From the NCBI RefSeq assembly GCF_963921235.1, contig NC_086097.1, forward strand, positions 35,466,001 to 35,530,000: a stretch of DNA of 64,000 nucleotides. Direction: 5' to 3'. The notes below the pieces were generated by a model, which was not told the DNA's origin, made no database searches, and saw only the letters and a program-made list of their open reading frames with translations. Source of the stretch: Mobula hypostoma. Lineage: Eukaryota. Below are positions 14,718 to 28,221 of the stretch, piece after piece. Each line of letters starts with the position of its first letter. The stretch's first letter is position 1. A program made the translations under genes and the position numbers.

Positions 14718-17239
14718 AATTAAGGACGAGTTTTCAGTGTACCTGGAGGCACATAATAAAATAGGCCAAAGTCAGCATGGTTTTCTAAAAGGAAAATCTT
14801 GCCTGACAAATCTGTTGGAATTCTTTGAGGAAATAACAAGCAGGATAGACAAAAGAGAGTCAGTAGAAGTTTACTTGGTTTTTCAGAAAGCCTTTAACAA
14901 GGTGCCATAAATAAGGCTGCTTAGCAAGATAAGAGATATGGCATTATCGGAAGTGTACTGCTATGGATTGAAGATTGGCTGAGTGGAAGGAGGCAAGGAG
15001 TGAGAATAAAGGGGGCTTTCTCTGTGTGGCTGCCAGTGACTAGTGATGTTCCACAGGGTTCAGTGTTGGGATCACTTCTTTTCAAAAGTTGATGGCTTTG
15101 TGGCCAAGTTTGCAGATGATAGGAAGGTAGGTGAAGGGGTAGGCAGCTTTGAGGAAGCAGGATGTCCGCAGAGGCACTTAGACAGATTGGGAGAATGGGC
15201 AAAGAAGTGGCAGATGGAATAAAGTGTAAGGAAGTGTATGGTCATGCACTTGGTAGAAGAAAGAAAGGTGTAGATTTTTTTTGTAATGGAGAGAAAATTC
15301 AAAAATTAGAGGTGCAAAGAGACTTGGAAGTCCTTGCGCAGGATTCCTTAAAAAATAATTTGCAGGTTGAGTCGATGGTAAAGAAGGCAAATGCAATGAT
15401 AGCATGCATTTTGAAAGGATGAGAATACAAAAGCAAGGATGTAATGCTAAGGCTTTATAAGGCTTCTGTCAGATCACAGTTGGGGTATTGTGAGCAGTTT
15501 TGGGCCCCATATTTGAGAAAAAATGTGCTAGCATTGGAAACAGTCCAGAGGAGGTTCATGAGGATGATCCCAGGAATGAAAGAGTTAACATTTAAGAAGC
15601 GTTTGATGGCTCTAGGCTTGTACTTTCCAGAGTTTAGAAGAATGGGTTGGGGGGTGATGTCATTGAAACGTATTGAATGTTGAAAGGCCTCGATAGAGTG
15701 TATTTGAAGAAGATATTTCTTCTATTTAGGGAGTCTAGGACTAGAGGGCACAGGTTCAAAGTTGACTGTTGTCCATTTAGAACAGATGTGGAAAAATTTC
15801 TTTAGCCAGAGGGTGGTGAATCTGTGGAATTTTCATTGCCGTAGACAGTGTGCATGCCAATCATTGGGTATTTTTACGGCAGAGTTTGATAGGTTCTTGA
15901 TTAATCAGGGTGTCAAAGATTACAGGGCAAAGGCAGGAGAATGGGTTTGAGAAAGGTAATATATCAGCATGATGGAATGGTGGAGCAGACTCAATGGTCT
16001 GAATGATTTAATTCTGCTCCCATGTGTTTGGGCTTATAGTTCTATATTTCAAAATGAACTAACTAAAAGAAGAGCTTGCTATCCCTTTTATATCTTCAAT
16101 ACTATAAATCCCTTCCTGATTAGGGATTCCCAGACCCTGCACTGGGTTTAATCTGAGCAAGAGCTCAGAGGTTATTCTCCAGTGTAAATGCTGTGGAATC
16201 CTAGCAAGGTGAAGGTCTACAAAAACTAGTGGAGAAACGGTGACAGTCTGGACAATGCCAGTAAGTTTTTGAAAATGCAACTATAGAATTCCTAGACTTG
16301 TCAACTTGAATGGGTAAATTCCTGTAGGTCTCTTCAGAACTGCTGGCATTTATGTACTACCGAGAAAATAGGCCAATGTTTTCAGTACTCAGTTTAAATA
16401 TTCAGTTATTCACAGGTGTTGTGAATAGAGGTGTTGTGATAAAAGGCAAAAGTAGTGAGTAATATGTTTGAAATTGGGTTTAATTTGCCATGTAGTTGTT
16501 AAATGAATCTTTCTGCATAAACCTTTACACTAGGCAACAACACAACATAAAAGTGTAATTATTTGCAATATAGCCCAAGGTATTGCTAACAATCAACAAG
16601 ATAAAAGTAGTTCAGTATGTCCCTATCTTATAGGCTGTATATAAATTATCATTATTTTTTATTCAAACCAATGCTCTTCAGTGAATTGCCTATATTACAA
16701 AGTAATATGCAAATTTCTAAACTTTAAGCTGTTCAAAAGTAAAATATCTAAACTATAAACTTTTATATTTTTATAATGTTTTGTGTAAGTGAGTTACATC
16801 AGAGAGAAAAGCCATTCTGTCCATTATGTCTGCCCAAATATTTGGGCAATGAGTCAAAAAGAGTTCCATTTTGCTGTGATCTCCCCAAAGCCTTCATCTT
16901 TCTTTACCTTAAATATTTAAACAAAGCAGACAGTATATTTGCATATATCTTTTGCTATTACTGATCCATTTGAGCTGGCAGTGAAATTCATTGTAAAAGT
17001 ATTATTAAAGATTGTTCATGTATTTTAAATAAGTCTGCCAATTTGTCTTCAGTTGGTAGTTCTATTTTAAATGTCACAACACTAGATTGCAAAAAGACTA
17101 TCAGACATTCTTGGGAATGTACAGCGGTTTTGAAAACTAGCCAATGGTCAACATTTTGAGTGACTTCGTTCTCAGAACTGACATTCTGATCAACAAGTCA
17201 GGATGAAGGATTGACACCAGTTGCTAATGATCCAACATT

Positions 17240-17480
17240 TTATTTAGAGATTTGAGATTAATTGTGGCCCAACGAGCCTACGCTGCCCAATTACCCTCAT
17301 GTGACCAATTAACCTACTAACCCATACGTCTTTGGAATGAGGGAGGAAATTGGAGCACCCAAAGGAAACCCACACGGTCATGGGTACAATGTATAAACTC
17401 CTTACAGGCAGTCGGGAATTGAACACAGGTCACCGCACATAATAGCATTACACCAACCGCTATGCCACTGTGCTGCCCCA
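17240..17480 (-). mobile_element. V-domain SINE (HE1-like, tRNA-derived head)
   Basis: Minus strand: A-box-like gtggcatagcgg, B-box gttcaattccc, V-domain gtgggtttcctttgggtgctccaatttcctccc..tccaaagac, A-rich tail. Confidence 0.8.
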
Positions 17481-18780
17481 AGCACATTTCATGCACATTG
17501 AGGTTTGCTTTCAAAATAAGTTTCCACTGAAGTAAAATTTCAGAAGCAGAATTAACAGACGCACTATACTATGTATTTAGTGCATGCAACAGGAGACACA
17601 TTTCTATCCTGTTATGCCTTTTCAACATTTGCTTATCATTTTTTAAGTGCCCTGCCTTAAGTTAGACAAAAATGACCAAGATATAAATGAAAGAGCAAAT
17701 CTCTTTTGTTCTACAGCACAAATCATAGCTCAAAGTTATCTGTCATATTTCAGCTGTGTTTAATTATAACACAAAAATTTCTACTCTCACCAATACACTG
17801 CTGCATAAAACCCACAGCTATTACATATTTTACTTCATATTAATTGGCTAGGATTCCTCCTATTATTTGAACTCAGTTAAGTCTTATCAAATCTTGTGAG
17901 ACATTTATAGAACCAAAGCCAGAAGCAAACTAATATGTGGAACTTGATGCATAATTTTAGAAAAGCTTATGATATAAGGATCCTTAAGTTCCCCCTGAAG
18001 TTTATGCCCTGAAGAATAATATAATGAAATTAGTCCCTGGTTTAAAATCCATCCACTAATAGAAATATATTAATATTATCTTGATGCCCACACATATTAA
18101 AAATCAGTGTTCTCTAATTTGATTTGAACATCATATTAAATCTTTGACAGAATCATTGCTTTGCTACATTATTTCATTATACATACCAATAAGCTTAGCA
18201 GTCTCTCCCAAAGGATTTGTAGCTGATTTTTTGTTTGTCACTTTATTTAAAACAGTAAAGCACAGGTATGTCTTTTCCTTGTATCCGAGCCACTCAATAA
18301 CATACAACTTCCTACAAGAACTGTATTGCTAACTCCTATAAATTGAAATGAAAAGGGCTTTAAAGGTAAGAATATTTCCCTTCTCTTTCTTGAACTCCAA
18401 AATCCAGTGATGTGCAACATAATTTAAGTATGAACATTTTTGGAACAACATTTTAAACACATATTATCTACGGTATATACTCAATGTATATCATGGTTTT
18501 GCAACTTGTTTAATGATTATTGAAGGGTTGTTGCCCATGCGGGAAGATCTCTCGGAATCTGAATCGGGTTTAATATCATTGGCATATATTGTGAAATTTG
18601 TTGTTTTGCAGCAGCTGTACATTGTAGTATATAATAATTTAAAAAAAAACCTATAAAATACAATAAGAAATATATATAAAATTAACTTGAGTAAGTAGTG
18701 CAAAAAGAGGGCAAAAAAACACTGATTTAGTGTTCTTAGCTTCATTGTTCATTCATAAATCTGATGACGGAAGGGAAAAA

Positions 18781-19581
18781 CTGGAGCTGGATGAACTTCA
18801 GATCATTCGAGAGGCAGAGGCAGAAATAAACAGGAGTTACAGGGAGATAGTCACCCCTAAGAGTCAGGAGGCAGGTTGCTGGGTGACTGTCAGGAGAGGG
18901 AAGGGGAATAGACAGAATGAGCAGAGCACCCCTGTGGCCGTTCCCCTCAACAGTAGGTATACCGTTTTGGATACTGTTGGTGGGGACGACCTACCAGGGA
19001 CAAGTTGCAGTGGTTGTGTCTCTGGCACCGAGACTGGACCCTCAGCTCAGAAGGGAAGGAGGGAAAAGAGGAGTGCAGTCATGATACGGGATTCGATAGT
19101 TAGGGGGACAGATAAGAGGTTCTGTGGGAGAGATTGAGAATCCCGGATGGTCTGTTGCCTCCCTGGTGCCAGGGTCCGCGATATCTCGGATCGAGTTCTC
19201 GGTATTCTCAGGAGGGAGTGTGAGCAGCCAGATGTCGTGGTCCATGTAGGGACCAACGACGTGGATAGGAAGGAGGAGGAGGTCCTGCAAAGAGAGTTTA
19301 GGGAGTTAGGTGCAAAGTTGAAGGACAAGACCTCCAGGGTTGCAATCTCAGGATTGCTACCCATGCCACGTGCTAGTGAGGCTAGAAAAAGGAAGATAAT
19401 GCAGCTAAATACGTGGCTAAGGAGTTGGTGCAGGAGGGAGGGCTTCATGTTTCTCGACAATTGGGCTTTGTTCCAGGGAAGGTGGGACCTGTTCCGACGG
19501 GACGGGTTGCACCTGAACTGGAGGGGGATGAACATCCTTGCGGGAAGGTTTGCTTGTGCTGCTCCGGGGGGTTTAAACTAG
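18781..19581 (+). pseudogene. CR1 ORF1 (coiled coil plus esterase-like domain), one in-frame stop
   Basis: ORFs 18730-19137 and 19147-19581 are in the same frame, separated by TGA at 19135-37. Confidence 0.85.
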
Positions 19582-19679
19582 ATTTGCAGGGGGAGGGGAA
19601 CCAGAGTGTTAGAGCAGATAATGAGGTGGAGGAGGATAAAGGTCATGAGAGAACTGCAAGTATAGTACATGGAGATCTA

Positions 19680-22530
19680 ACATGTAAAGAAGCTTTGATG
19701 AAAGAGAAACAGAATAAGGGGTGTAAAGGTAGTAAGACTAAGGGCTAGTGCATGTACTCCAATGCAAGAAGCATCAGGAACAAAGGTGATGAACTGACAG
19801 CTTGGATACATACATGGAATTATGATGTAGTGGTCATTACAGAGGCTTGGCTGGAACCAGAGCAGGAATGGATTCTCAATATTCCTGGATTTCAGTGCTT
19901 TAAAGGGGATAGAGAGGGGGGAAAAGGGGAGGAGGGGTGGCATTACTGGTCAGGGATACTATTACAGCAACAGAAAGGGTGGGTAATGTAGCAGGATCCT
20001 CTTTTGAGTCAGTATGGGTAGAAGTCAGGAACAGGAAGGGAGCAGTTACTCTAATGGGAGTATTCTATAGGCCCCCTGGTAGCAGCAGAGATACCGAGGA
20101 GCAGATTGGGAGGCAGATTTTGGAAAGGTGCAAAAATAGCAGGGTTGTTATCATGGGTGACTTTAACTTCCCTAATATTGATTGGCATCTGATTCGTTCC
20201 AATGGTTTAGACGGGGGAGAATTTGTTAAGTGTGTCCAGGACGGATTCCTGTCACAGTATCAAGTTGACAGGCTGATTAGGGGGAATGCCATACTAGATC
20301 TAGTACTAGGTAATGAACCGGGTCAGGTCACAGATCTCTCAGTGGGTGAGCATCTGGGGGACAGTGACCACCGCTCCCTGGCCTTTAACGTTATCATGGA
20401 AAAGGATAGTATCAGAGAGGACAGGAAAATTTTTAATTGGTGAAGGGCAAATTATGAGGCTATAAGGCTAGAACTTGCGGGTGTGAATTGGGATGATGTT
20501 TTTGCAGGGAAATGTACTATATTCATGTGGTCGATGTTTAGGGATCTCTTGCAGGATGTTAGGGATAAATTTGTCCCAGTAAGGAAGATAAAGAATGGTA
20601 GGGTGAAGGAACCATGGGTGACAAGTGAGATGGAGAATCTAGTCAGGTGGAAGAAGGCAGCATACATGAGGTTTAGGAAGCAGGGGTCAGATGGGTCTAT
20701 TGAGGAATATAGGGAAGCAAGAAAGAAGCTTAAGAAGGGGCTGAGAAGAGCAAGAAGAGGGCATGAGAAGGCCTTGGCGAGTAGGGTAAAGGAAGATCCC
20801 AAGGCATTCTTCAATTATGTGAAGAACAAAAGGATGACAGGAGTGAAGGTAGGACCGATTGAAGATAAAGGTGGGAAGATGTGCCTGGAGGCTGTGGAAG
20901 TGAGCGAGGTCCTCCATGAATACTTCTCTTCGGTATTCACCAATGAGAGGGAACTTGATGATGGTGAGGACAATATGAGTGAGGTTGATGTTCTGGAGCA
21001 TGTTGATATTAAAGGAGAGGAGGTGTTGGGGTTGCTAAAATACATTAGAATGGATAAGTCCCTGGGGCCTGACGGAATATTCCCCAGGCTGCTCCATGAG
21101 GTGAGAGAAGAGATTGCTGAGCCTCTGGCTAGGATCTTTAAGTCCTCGTTGTCCACAGGAATGGTACCGGAGGATTGGAGGGAGGCGAATGTTGACCCCT
21201 TGTTCAAAAAAGGTAGTAGGGATAGTCCGGGTAATTATAGACCAGTGAGCCTTACGTCTGTGGTGGGAAAGCTGTTGGAAAAGATTCTTAGAGATAGGAT
21301 CTATGGGCATTTGGTGAATCATGGTCTGATCAGGGACAGTCAGCATGGCTTTGTGAAGGGCAGATCGTGTCTAACAAACCTGATAGAGTTCTTTGAGGAG
21401 GTGACCAGGCACATAGATGAGGGTAGTGCAGTGGATATGACCTACATGGATTTTAGTAAGGCATTTGACAAGGTTCCACATGGTAGGCTTATTCAGAAAG
21501 TTAGAAGGCATGGGATCCAGGGAAGTTTGGCCAGATGGATTCAGAATTGGCTTGCCTGCCGAAGGCAGAGGGTCGTGGTGGAGGGAGTACATTCAGATAG
21601 GAGGATTGTGACTAGTGGTGGCCCACAAGGATCTGCTCTGGGACCTCTACTTTTTGTGATATTTATTAACGACCTGGATGTGGGGGTAGAAGGGTGGCTT
21701 GGCAAGTTTGCAGATGACACAAGGGTTGGTGGTGTTGTGGATATGGTAGAGAATTGTCACAGATTGCAGAGAGACATTGATAGGATGCAGAAGTGGGCTG
21801 AGAAGTGGCAGATGGAGTTCAACCCGGAGAAGTGTGAGGTGGTACACTTTGGAAGGACAAACTCCAAGGCAGAGTACAAAGTAAATGGCAGGATACTTGG
21901 TAGTGTGGAGGAGCAGAGGGATCTGGGGGTACATTTCCACAGTTCCCTGAAAGTTGTCTCACAGGTGGATAGGGTAGTTAAGAAAGCTTATGGAGTGTTA
22001 GCTTTCATAAGTCGAGGGCTGGAATTTAAGAGTCGTGGGGTAATGATGCAGCTCTATAAAACTCTGGTTAGGCCACACTTGGAGTATTGTGTCCAGTTCC
22101 AGTCGCCTCACCATAGGAAAGATGCGGAAGCAATGGAAAAGGTACAGAGGAGATTTACCAGGATGCTGCCTAGTTTAGAAAGTATGCATTATGATCAGAG
22201 ATTACGGGAGCTGGGGCTTTACTCTCTGGAGAGAAGGAGAATGAGAGGAGACATGATAGGAGGTATACAAGATATTAAGGGGAATAGATAGAATGGATAG
22301 CCAGCGACTCTTCCCCAGGGCGCCACTGCTCAATACAAGAGGACACGGCTTTTAGTTAAAGGGTGGGAAGTTCAAGGGGGATATTAGAGGAAGGTTTTTT
22401 ACTCAGAGAGTGGTTGGTGCGTGGAATGCACTGCCTGAGTCAGTGGTGGAGGCAGATACACTAGAGACTACTAGACAGGTATATGGCGGAATTTAAGGTG
22501 GGGGGTTATATGGGAGGCAGGGTTTAAGGG
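19680..22530 (+). pseudogene. CR1 ORF2 (APE endonuclease plus RT), disrupted
   Basis: ORFs 19752-19991, 19937-20443 and 20483-22291 align to the 963-aa ORF at 35231-38122; frameshift near 19930, stop at 20441, frameshift near 22260. Confidence 0.93.
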
Positions 22531-23649
22531 TCGGCACAACATTGTGGGCTGAAGGGCCTGTACTATGCTGTACTGTTCTATGTTCTATGTTCTAAAAAGC
22601 GGTTCCTGAAACGTTGAGAGTGTATCTTGTTGATAGCAATGGGAAGACTCCAAGTTCCTAACGATGGACGCTGCCTTCTTGAGGCATTGCCTTTTGAAGG
22701 GGTAGCTACTGCCCACAGTGGAGCTGGCTGAACATTTTGCAGTCTTCTTTCGCTCCTGTGCAGTAGCCCCTCAATACCTGATGGTTAGAATGCTCCCCAC
22801 GGTACACCTGTAGAAATTTGTGAGAGTCTTTGGTGACAAACCAAGTCTCCTCTAACTCCTAATGAAATATAACCGTTCTTGTACCTTCTTTGTTAATTGC
22901 ATCAATATGTTGGGTCCAGGACAGATCTTCAGTGATGTTGACACCCAGGAACTTGAAACTGCTCCCCCTTTCCACTGCTGACCCCTCCGCGAGTACTGGT
23001 GTGTGTTCCCCCGACTTCCCCTTCCCGAAGTACACTGTTCTCCCACAGTGATAGATAAGGAAGGCATCACTGTGCGTTGTTTCATGTCTGCTGATTACGG
23101 CGCTCAGCTCCGCCAGAGCCTGTTTGAATTTGGCCTGAGGTGGAATGTACACCGCTACCAGGATGGAAAACTCTCTCGGCAGATAAATTGGGCGACACTA
23201 GATGTTTGAGGTCGGGTGAGCAAGACCGAGACAGAACCATGGTCTGTGCACCATGATGAGTTATTCATAAAACGTACTCCATCTCCTCTACCCTTAAACA
23301 CTTGACTTCCCATCAATTCCCCTCGAACACGCACATGCTGAGCAATGAGAGAAAGCAGCTGAAGTCAGAATCCACATCTGTAGATTATGCATAAATATGT
23401 TATTCACAATCAGTAGATGTGCATTTGTACCAGCTAGTGTACCTATGATTTTAATGACTTGAACCCTGTAGTTCTAATCTATATATTATGAACATAAACA
23501 TTTCAATGAATATTACACATTGGGTATTTAGGAAAAGAATACTAGTGAAATGTTTCTGAGGCTTGATCAATGTACACTCAGTAACCACTTTTATTAGGTG
23601 CACCTGTAAGCCTGTTTGGTCATGCAAATATCTAATCAGCCAATCATGT

Positions 23650-24213
23650 TGTCGATGAGTGAATGAAGTCACCGGAGATGAGTACTGGTAGTTATGAGGC
23701 AGTCTCTTTATGGGGCAAAATGAGGTACCACTGGCATCAGATTGAGACCCTCTCAGAGGAAAATGTCTGCTTGACCCAGCACTACATGACATTTTATGTG
23801 CTAACGATCAAAGGAAGTCTCGGATAATTCCATGTTTACAATGTTTCCCTCGTACTACACACCACCTTTACACCTCCCTCTATTGCACCCACACTACAGA
23901 CAACCTGATAAACACAGATAACGAACGAAGAGTCTCGGCCTGAAACGTCGACTGTACCTCTTCCTAGAGATGCTGCCTGGCCTGCTGCGTTCACCAGCAA
24001 CTTTGATGTGTGTTGCTTTAACGAATTTAAATCAGCATTGTCTGGTCTTCCAAATAACTGTTGTGTTTTCCAATTGACTTGGTTCCCATTTCTTAGGAGT
24101 TCATTGTTCAGAGTTGCATTTTAGAGTTAATCTTCAATGCATACTCAGATCTGAAGGCTGGTCACTGAAATCGATATTCACTATATGTCCTAACCCTAAA
24201 AAAATCCCTGACA
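23650..24213 (-). mobile_element. Probable solo LTR inserted in the Tc1-like element
   Basis: Host reads caatcatgt|...|tttgtggcag around a block with TGTC...GACA ends; minus-strand cataaa ~50 nt from the 3' end; TSD imperfect. Confidence 0.45.
23926..24018 (+). mobile_element. Penelope pseudo-LTR fragment (hammerhead 5' half missing)
   Basis: cgaagagtctcggcctgaaacgtcgactgtacctc...atgtgtgttgct flanked by taacgaa at 23919-25 and 24019-25. Confidence 0.85.
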
Positions 24214-25617
24214 TTTGTGGCAGAAACTCAATGCATAAGAATATGCAGGTTCTGTTGTTCAGACCATATACCCGAATGGGGAAGAAATGTGACCGTGGAA
24301 TGATTTCTGGTGCCAGACGGAGTGGTTTGAGTATCTCAGAAACTGCTGATCTCCTGGAATTTTCACACATAAGAGTCTGTGGAGTTTCTAGAGAATGATG
24401 CAAAAAAACACAACATTCAGTGAGTGGCAGATCTGATGGCAAAAATGCCTTGATAATGAGATAGGTCAGAGGATAATGGCCAGACTGGTTCAAGCTGACA
24501 GTAACTCAAATAATTACATGTTTAGACAGTGGCGTGTAGAAGAGCACCTCTGAATGCACAACACATTGAACCTTGATGCAGCACAGAAAACCATGAACAT
24601 ACACACAGTGGTGACTTTATTAGGTATAGAAGGGACCTAATAAAATGGACACTGAGTATACATCTTTAAATTGATTTGTACATTATTTTGTTAGAAATTG
24701 TCTATATAAAATGTTTATTACCAGCTTAATTATATCTTGCTTAATTATATCCAGCTATCCAGAGATAATACAGCATACATTAATTCTTATTCTGATATTG
24801 GTTACGGAGAACCATTTATATTCCACTAAGTAAGAACATCTCTACATAAAGAGAAAGTCAGTCGTTTATTCATGGAGTTATACAATTATTCTTACAGTGT
24901 ATTAAGATTTACTGATAATTGACCTTGGCATTAATTGTACCACTAGCAGTTTCACTTTAAAATCTTCAAAAGCACTAGAGCAAAATTTTTAAGAGTGTCA
25001 ACGGATTTGAGTGGATGCAACTATAATGAGATTTTGAGAAGGCTGGATTTCATTTTCTCGCTTAAGAAAAAATAAGGAGAAAATGACAAGGCAAGAAAGC
25101 CGTAGGTTCTGGACATCTGAAATGAAACTAGAAAGTGTTGGAAATACTCATCCCTGGTAAGAGCAAAACAAAGGCTATGCCATTCATCAGAACTGGAGAG
25201 GTGAAAAACACAAGTATGCTTTATTTAAGAAGCAGAGATAGCAAAGGGTAGAGAGATCAAAGGGAATATCTGTGACAGGGGGAGACCAAGTCTGTCCAAT
25301 GGCAGGCAGTAATGTGGTTAACTTGCTAATCACAGCTTGTGTATCTGGAGGAAGGTAAATGGGGAAGATGGAGATAAAGAACACACAAAGAAACAATACA
25401 CTGGAGCTTTGAGAGACAGAACCACTGCTGGAAATCTAAAATAAAATACAATACTGGAAACATTTAGGACAGGTACCATGGAAAGAGGAATACTTAGTTA
25501 ATGTGCTCGTAGTTGACCTTGCATCAAACAGAAAGGGCTGGTTATCTGAAATTGTTCAATTAGATTTTGAGTCTTAATATCCCAAGGCAGAAAATGTAAC
25601 TTTTTTCTCAAGCTTAC

Positions 25618-26472
25618 CGGAGTGAGATACGCCAACTAGTGGAATGGTGCTGCAGCAGCAACCTGGCACTCAACATCACTAAGACGAAAGAGCTGAATGT
25701 GGACTTCACGATGGGTAAGACGAAGGCACACATTCCAATACTCATAGAGGGAACAGAAGTAGAGAGAGTGAGCAGTTGCACATTCCTGGGTGTCAAGATC
25801 TCTGAGGATCAAACCTGGTCCCAACATATTGATGCAGTTATAAAGAAGGCAAGCCAACGGCTATACTTTATTAGGAGTTTGAAGCAATTTGGCATGTCAA
25901 CAAATACACTCAAAAACTTCTATAGTTGTACCATGGAGAGCATTCTGACAGGCTGCATCACTGTCAGGTATGGAGGGGCTACTGCACAGGACTGAAAGAA
26001 GCTGCAGAAGGTTGTAAATCTAGTCAGCTCCATCTTGGGCACTAGCCTACAAAGTACCCAGGACATCTTCAAGGAGTGGAGTCTCAAAAAGGCAAAGTCC
26101 ATTATTAAGGACCTCCAGCACCCAGGGCATGCCCTGTTCTCACTGTTACCATCAGGTAGGAGGTACAGAAGCCTGAAGGCACACACTCTGCATTTCAGGA
26201 ATAGCTTCTTCCCCTCTGCCCTCCGATTCCTAAATGGACATTGAAGCTTTGGACACTACCTCACTTTTTTTTAATATACAGTATTTCTGTTTTTGCACAT
26301 TTTAAAAAATCTATTCAATATACATAATTAATTTACTTGTCTATTATTATTATTTTTATTTAATTCATTATTTTTTTTCTCTCTGCTAGATTATGTATTA
26401 CATTCAACTGCTGCTAAGTTAACAAATTTCACATCACACGCTGGTGATAATAAACCTGATTCTGATTCTGAC
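25618..26472 (+). mobile_element. Rex1/Babar-type LINE 3' part
   Basis: ORFs 25639-25995 and 26035-26244 (WCCSSNLALNITKTKEL, FLGVKISED, HPGHALFSLLPSGRRY); (ttctga)n tail; possible gcttac TSD. Confidence 0.88.
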
Positions 26473-27319
26473 GCTTACATCGGACTTTGTCAAAAAAGCA
26501 TCAGAAGCCAAAGGTAAATAGTGTTTTTTTTGAGAGATTGATGATGAAACATATCAACACTTTTGAGAAATGACTTGGATCCGCTCCAATTTGCCTGCCG
26601 GCACAACAGATCCACAGCAGAAACCATTTCATTGGCTCTTCACTCAACCCTGGAACATCTGAACAGCAAAGATGTATATCTCAGGATGCTCTTCACTGAC
26701 TGCAGCTTGGCATTCAATACTATCATTCTCTCAAAACTAATCAATAAGCTTCAAGACCTTGGCCTCAGTACCTCCTTGTGCAACTGGAGCCTTGATTTCT
26801 TCACTTGTAGACACCAGTCACCTCAGATTGGAAACAACATCTCCTCCACAATCTCCCTCAGCAGCAGGCTGTGTGCTTAGCCCCCTGCTTGACTTTACAC
26901 TTATGACTGTGAGGCTAAGCACAGCTCCAATACCATATTTAAGTTTGCTGATGACACCACTGTCATTGGACAAGTCAAAGGTGGGAGATTTAACATCTGG
27001 CTGAGTGGTTCCACAACAACAACCTCTCACTCAGTGTCAGCAAGACCAAAGAGCTGATCATTGACTTCAGGAGGAGTAAAGTGGAGACCCTCGAGCCAGT
27101 CTTCATGGGGGATCAGAGATGGAGAGGGTCAGCAACTTTAAATCCCGGAATGTTATCATTTCCGAGGACTTGTCCTGGGCCCAGCATGTAAGTGCAATTA
27201 TGAAGAAAGCCTGGCAATGCCTCTACTTCCTTGGAAGTTTTCAAAGATTCAGTACGACATCTAAAAGTTTGACAAACTTCTATAAATGTGTGACGGAGAG
27301 CTGAACCAAAGTCAATATA

Positions 27320-27755
27320 CAGTCGGCCCTCCGTAACCGCGGGTTTGGCATCCGCGGATTCAACCAACCATGGATCGAAAATATTTGAAAAAAATTCCAG
27401 GAGGTTCCAAAAAGCAAAACTTGAATCTGCTGCGCGCCGAGCTCTACGCTTAATCCACGTGAATGAAGTGGTGTATAGGCATACCCTGCTGTAGCCTCCC
27501 ACCATTTCACAGATCCTCAGTCTCTCTCCAGCACTCGTTGTTTGAGCATCGTTCGCCTCTCGTCTCGTTTGTTCGCTACTTGTGTTGTGTGCACCCTTTG
27601 TTTCTTTAGCATTTACATTGTATTAGGTATTATAAGTAATCTAGAGATGATTTAAAGTATACGGGAGGATGTGCATAGGTTATATGCAAATACTACGCCA
27701 TTTTATACAAGGGACCTGAGCATCCACGGATTTTGGTATCCGTGGGGGGGTCCTG
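27320..27755. mobile_element. Tigger/pogo-type MITE resembling mammalian MER2/MER2B; right TIR truncated
   Basis: TA|cagtcggccctccgtaaccgcggg start and ...ggtatccgtgggggggtcctg|TA end; interrupts a LINE; family similarity is from memory, not a search. Confidence 0.75.
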
Positions 27756-28001
27756 TACTCTCATGAAACACTAATGCCCTTAAACAGAAAACCTGACAAA
27801 ATGTAGTGAATATGGCCCAGTCCATCATGGGTAAAGCCCTCCCTACGATTGAACACATCAATATGGAACGTTGTTGCAGGAAAGCAGCATCCATCATCAG
27901 GGACCCCAACCACCAGGTCATGCTCTCTCTCTTCTCGCTGCTGCCATCAGGAGGAAGGTTCAGGAGCTTCAGGACTCACACCAGCAGGTTCAGAGATAGT
28001 T

Positions 28002-28221
28002 CTTCTTCTTTCTGGGCCCTCAGATCCCAGTGGAGCATAGTACATCTATCTCTATTGTCCTCTGAAGCTGATGGTATAGTTGGAGTTTGTCAATCCTTCT
28101 GCAATCCATTGCATCCACTCTCTAGAGGATTAGCCTATACAGCTTCATCTGAGTGCTGTTGGCTGGCCTTACCTGTCTCCAACCTCTCACGATGGGTATG
28201 TAGGGTTGGACTTTGAGAAGC
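28002..28221 (-). mobile_element. Short retroposon 3' end with (GAA)n tail, RTE-like
   Basis: tcttcttctt tail; TSD tcagagatagtt (27990-28001) / tcagggacagtt (28222-28233). Confidence 0.55.

Larger units (their letters stand above)
18781..22593 (+). mobile_element. Young CR1 LINE, truncated within ORF1
   Basis: ORF1 SGNH-esterase motifs (DSIVR, CLPGA, HVGTND, DGLHLN); ORF2 EN plus RT with FADD; (tgttcta)n tail ending at 22593. Confidence 0.97.
18553..23260 (-). mobile_element. Rex1/Babar-type LINE split by a CR1 (pieces 18553-18780 and 22594-23260), internally deleted
   Basis: gaatctgaatc tail at ~18556; FKFLGVNITEDLSWTQHI and YIPPQA EN-region motifs fused in ORF 22859-23152. Confidence 0.7.
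23575..24658 (+). mobile_element. Non-autonomous Tc1-like element carrying the transposase N-terminus
   Basis: TA|cactcagtaaccacttttattagg ... cctaataaaatggacactgagta|TA TIRs; MGKKCD-RGMISGARRSGLSISETADLL HTH remnant near 24277. Confidence 0.85.

Noticed and set aside
16124..16260. Plus-strand exon candidate ending in a gtaagt donor
   Set aside because: All three frames contain stops; no partner exon identified; could only be non-coding.
17420..17480. tRNA gene
   Set aside because: A/B boxes belong to a SINE head; no cloverleaf can be folded.
20452..21940. Antisense ORFs conserved between the two young CR1 copies (also 35828-37316)
   Set aside because: Shared only because the copies are nearly identical; shadow ORFs of ORF2.
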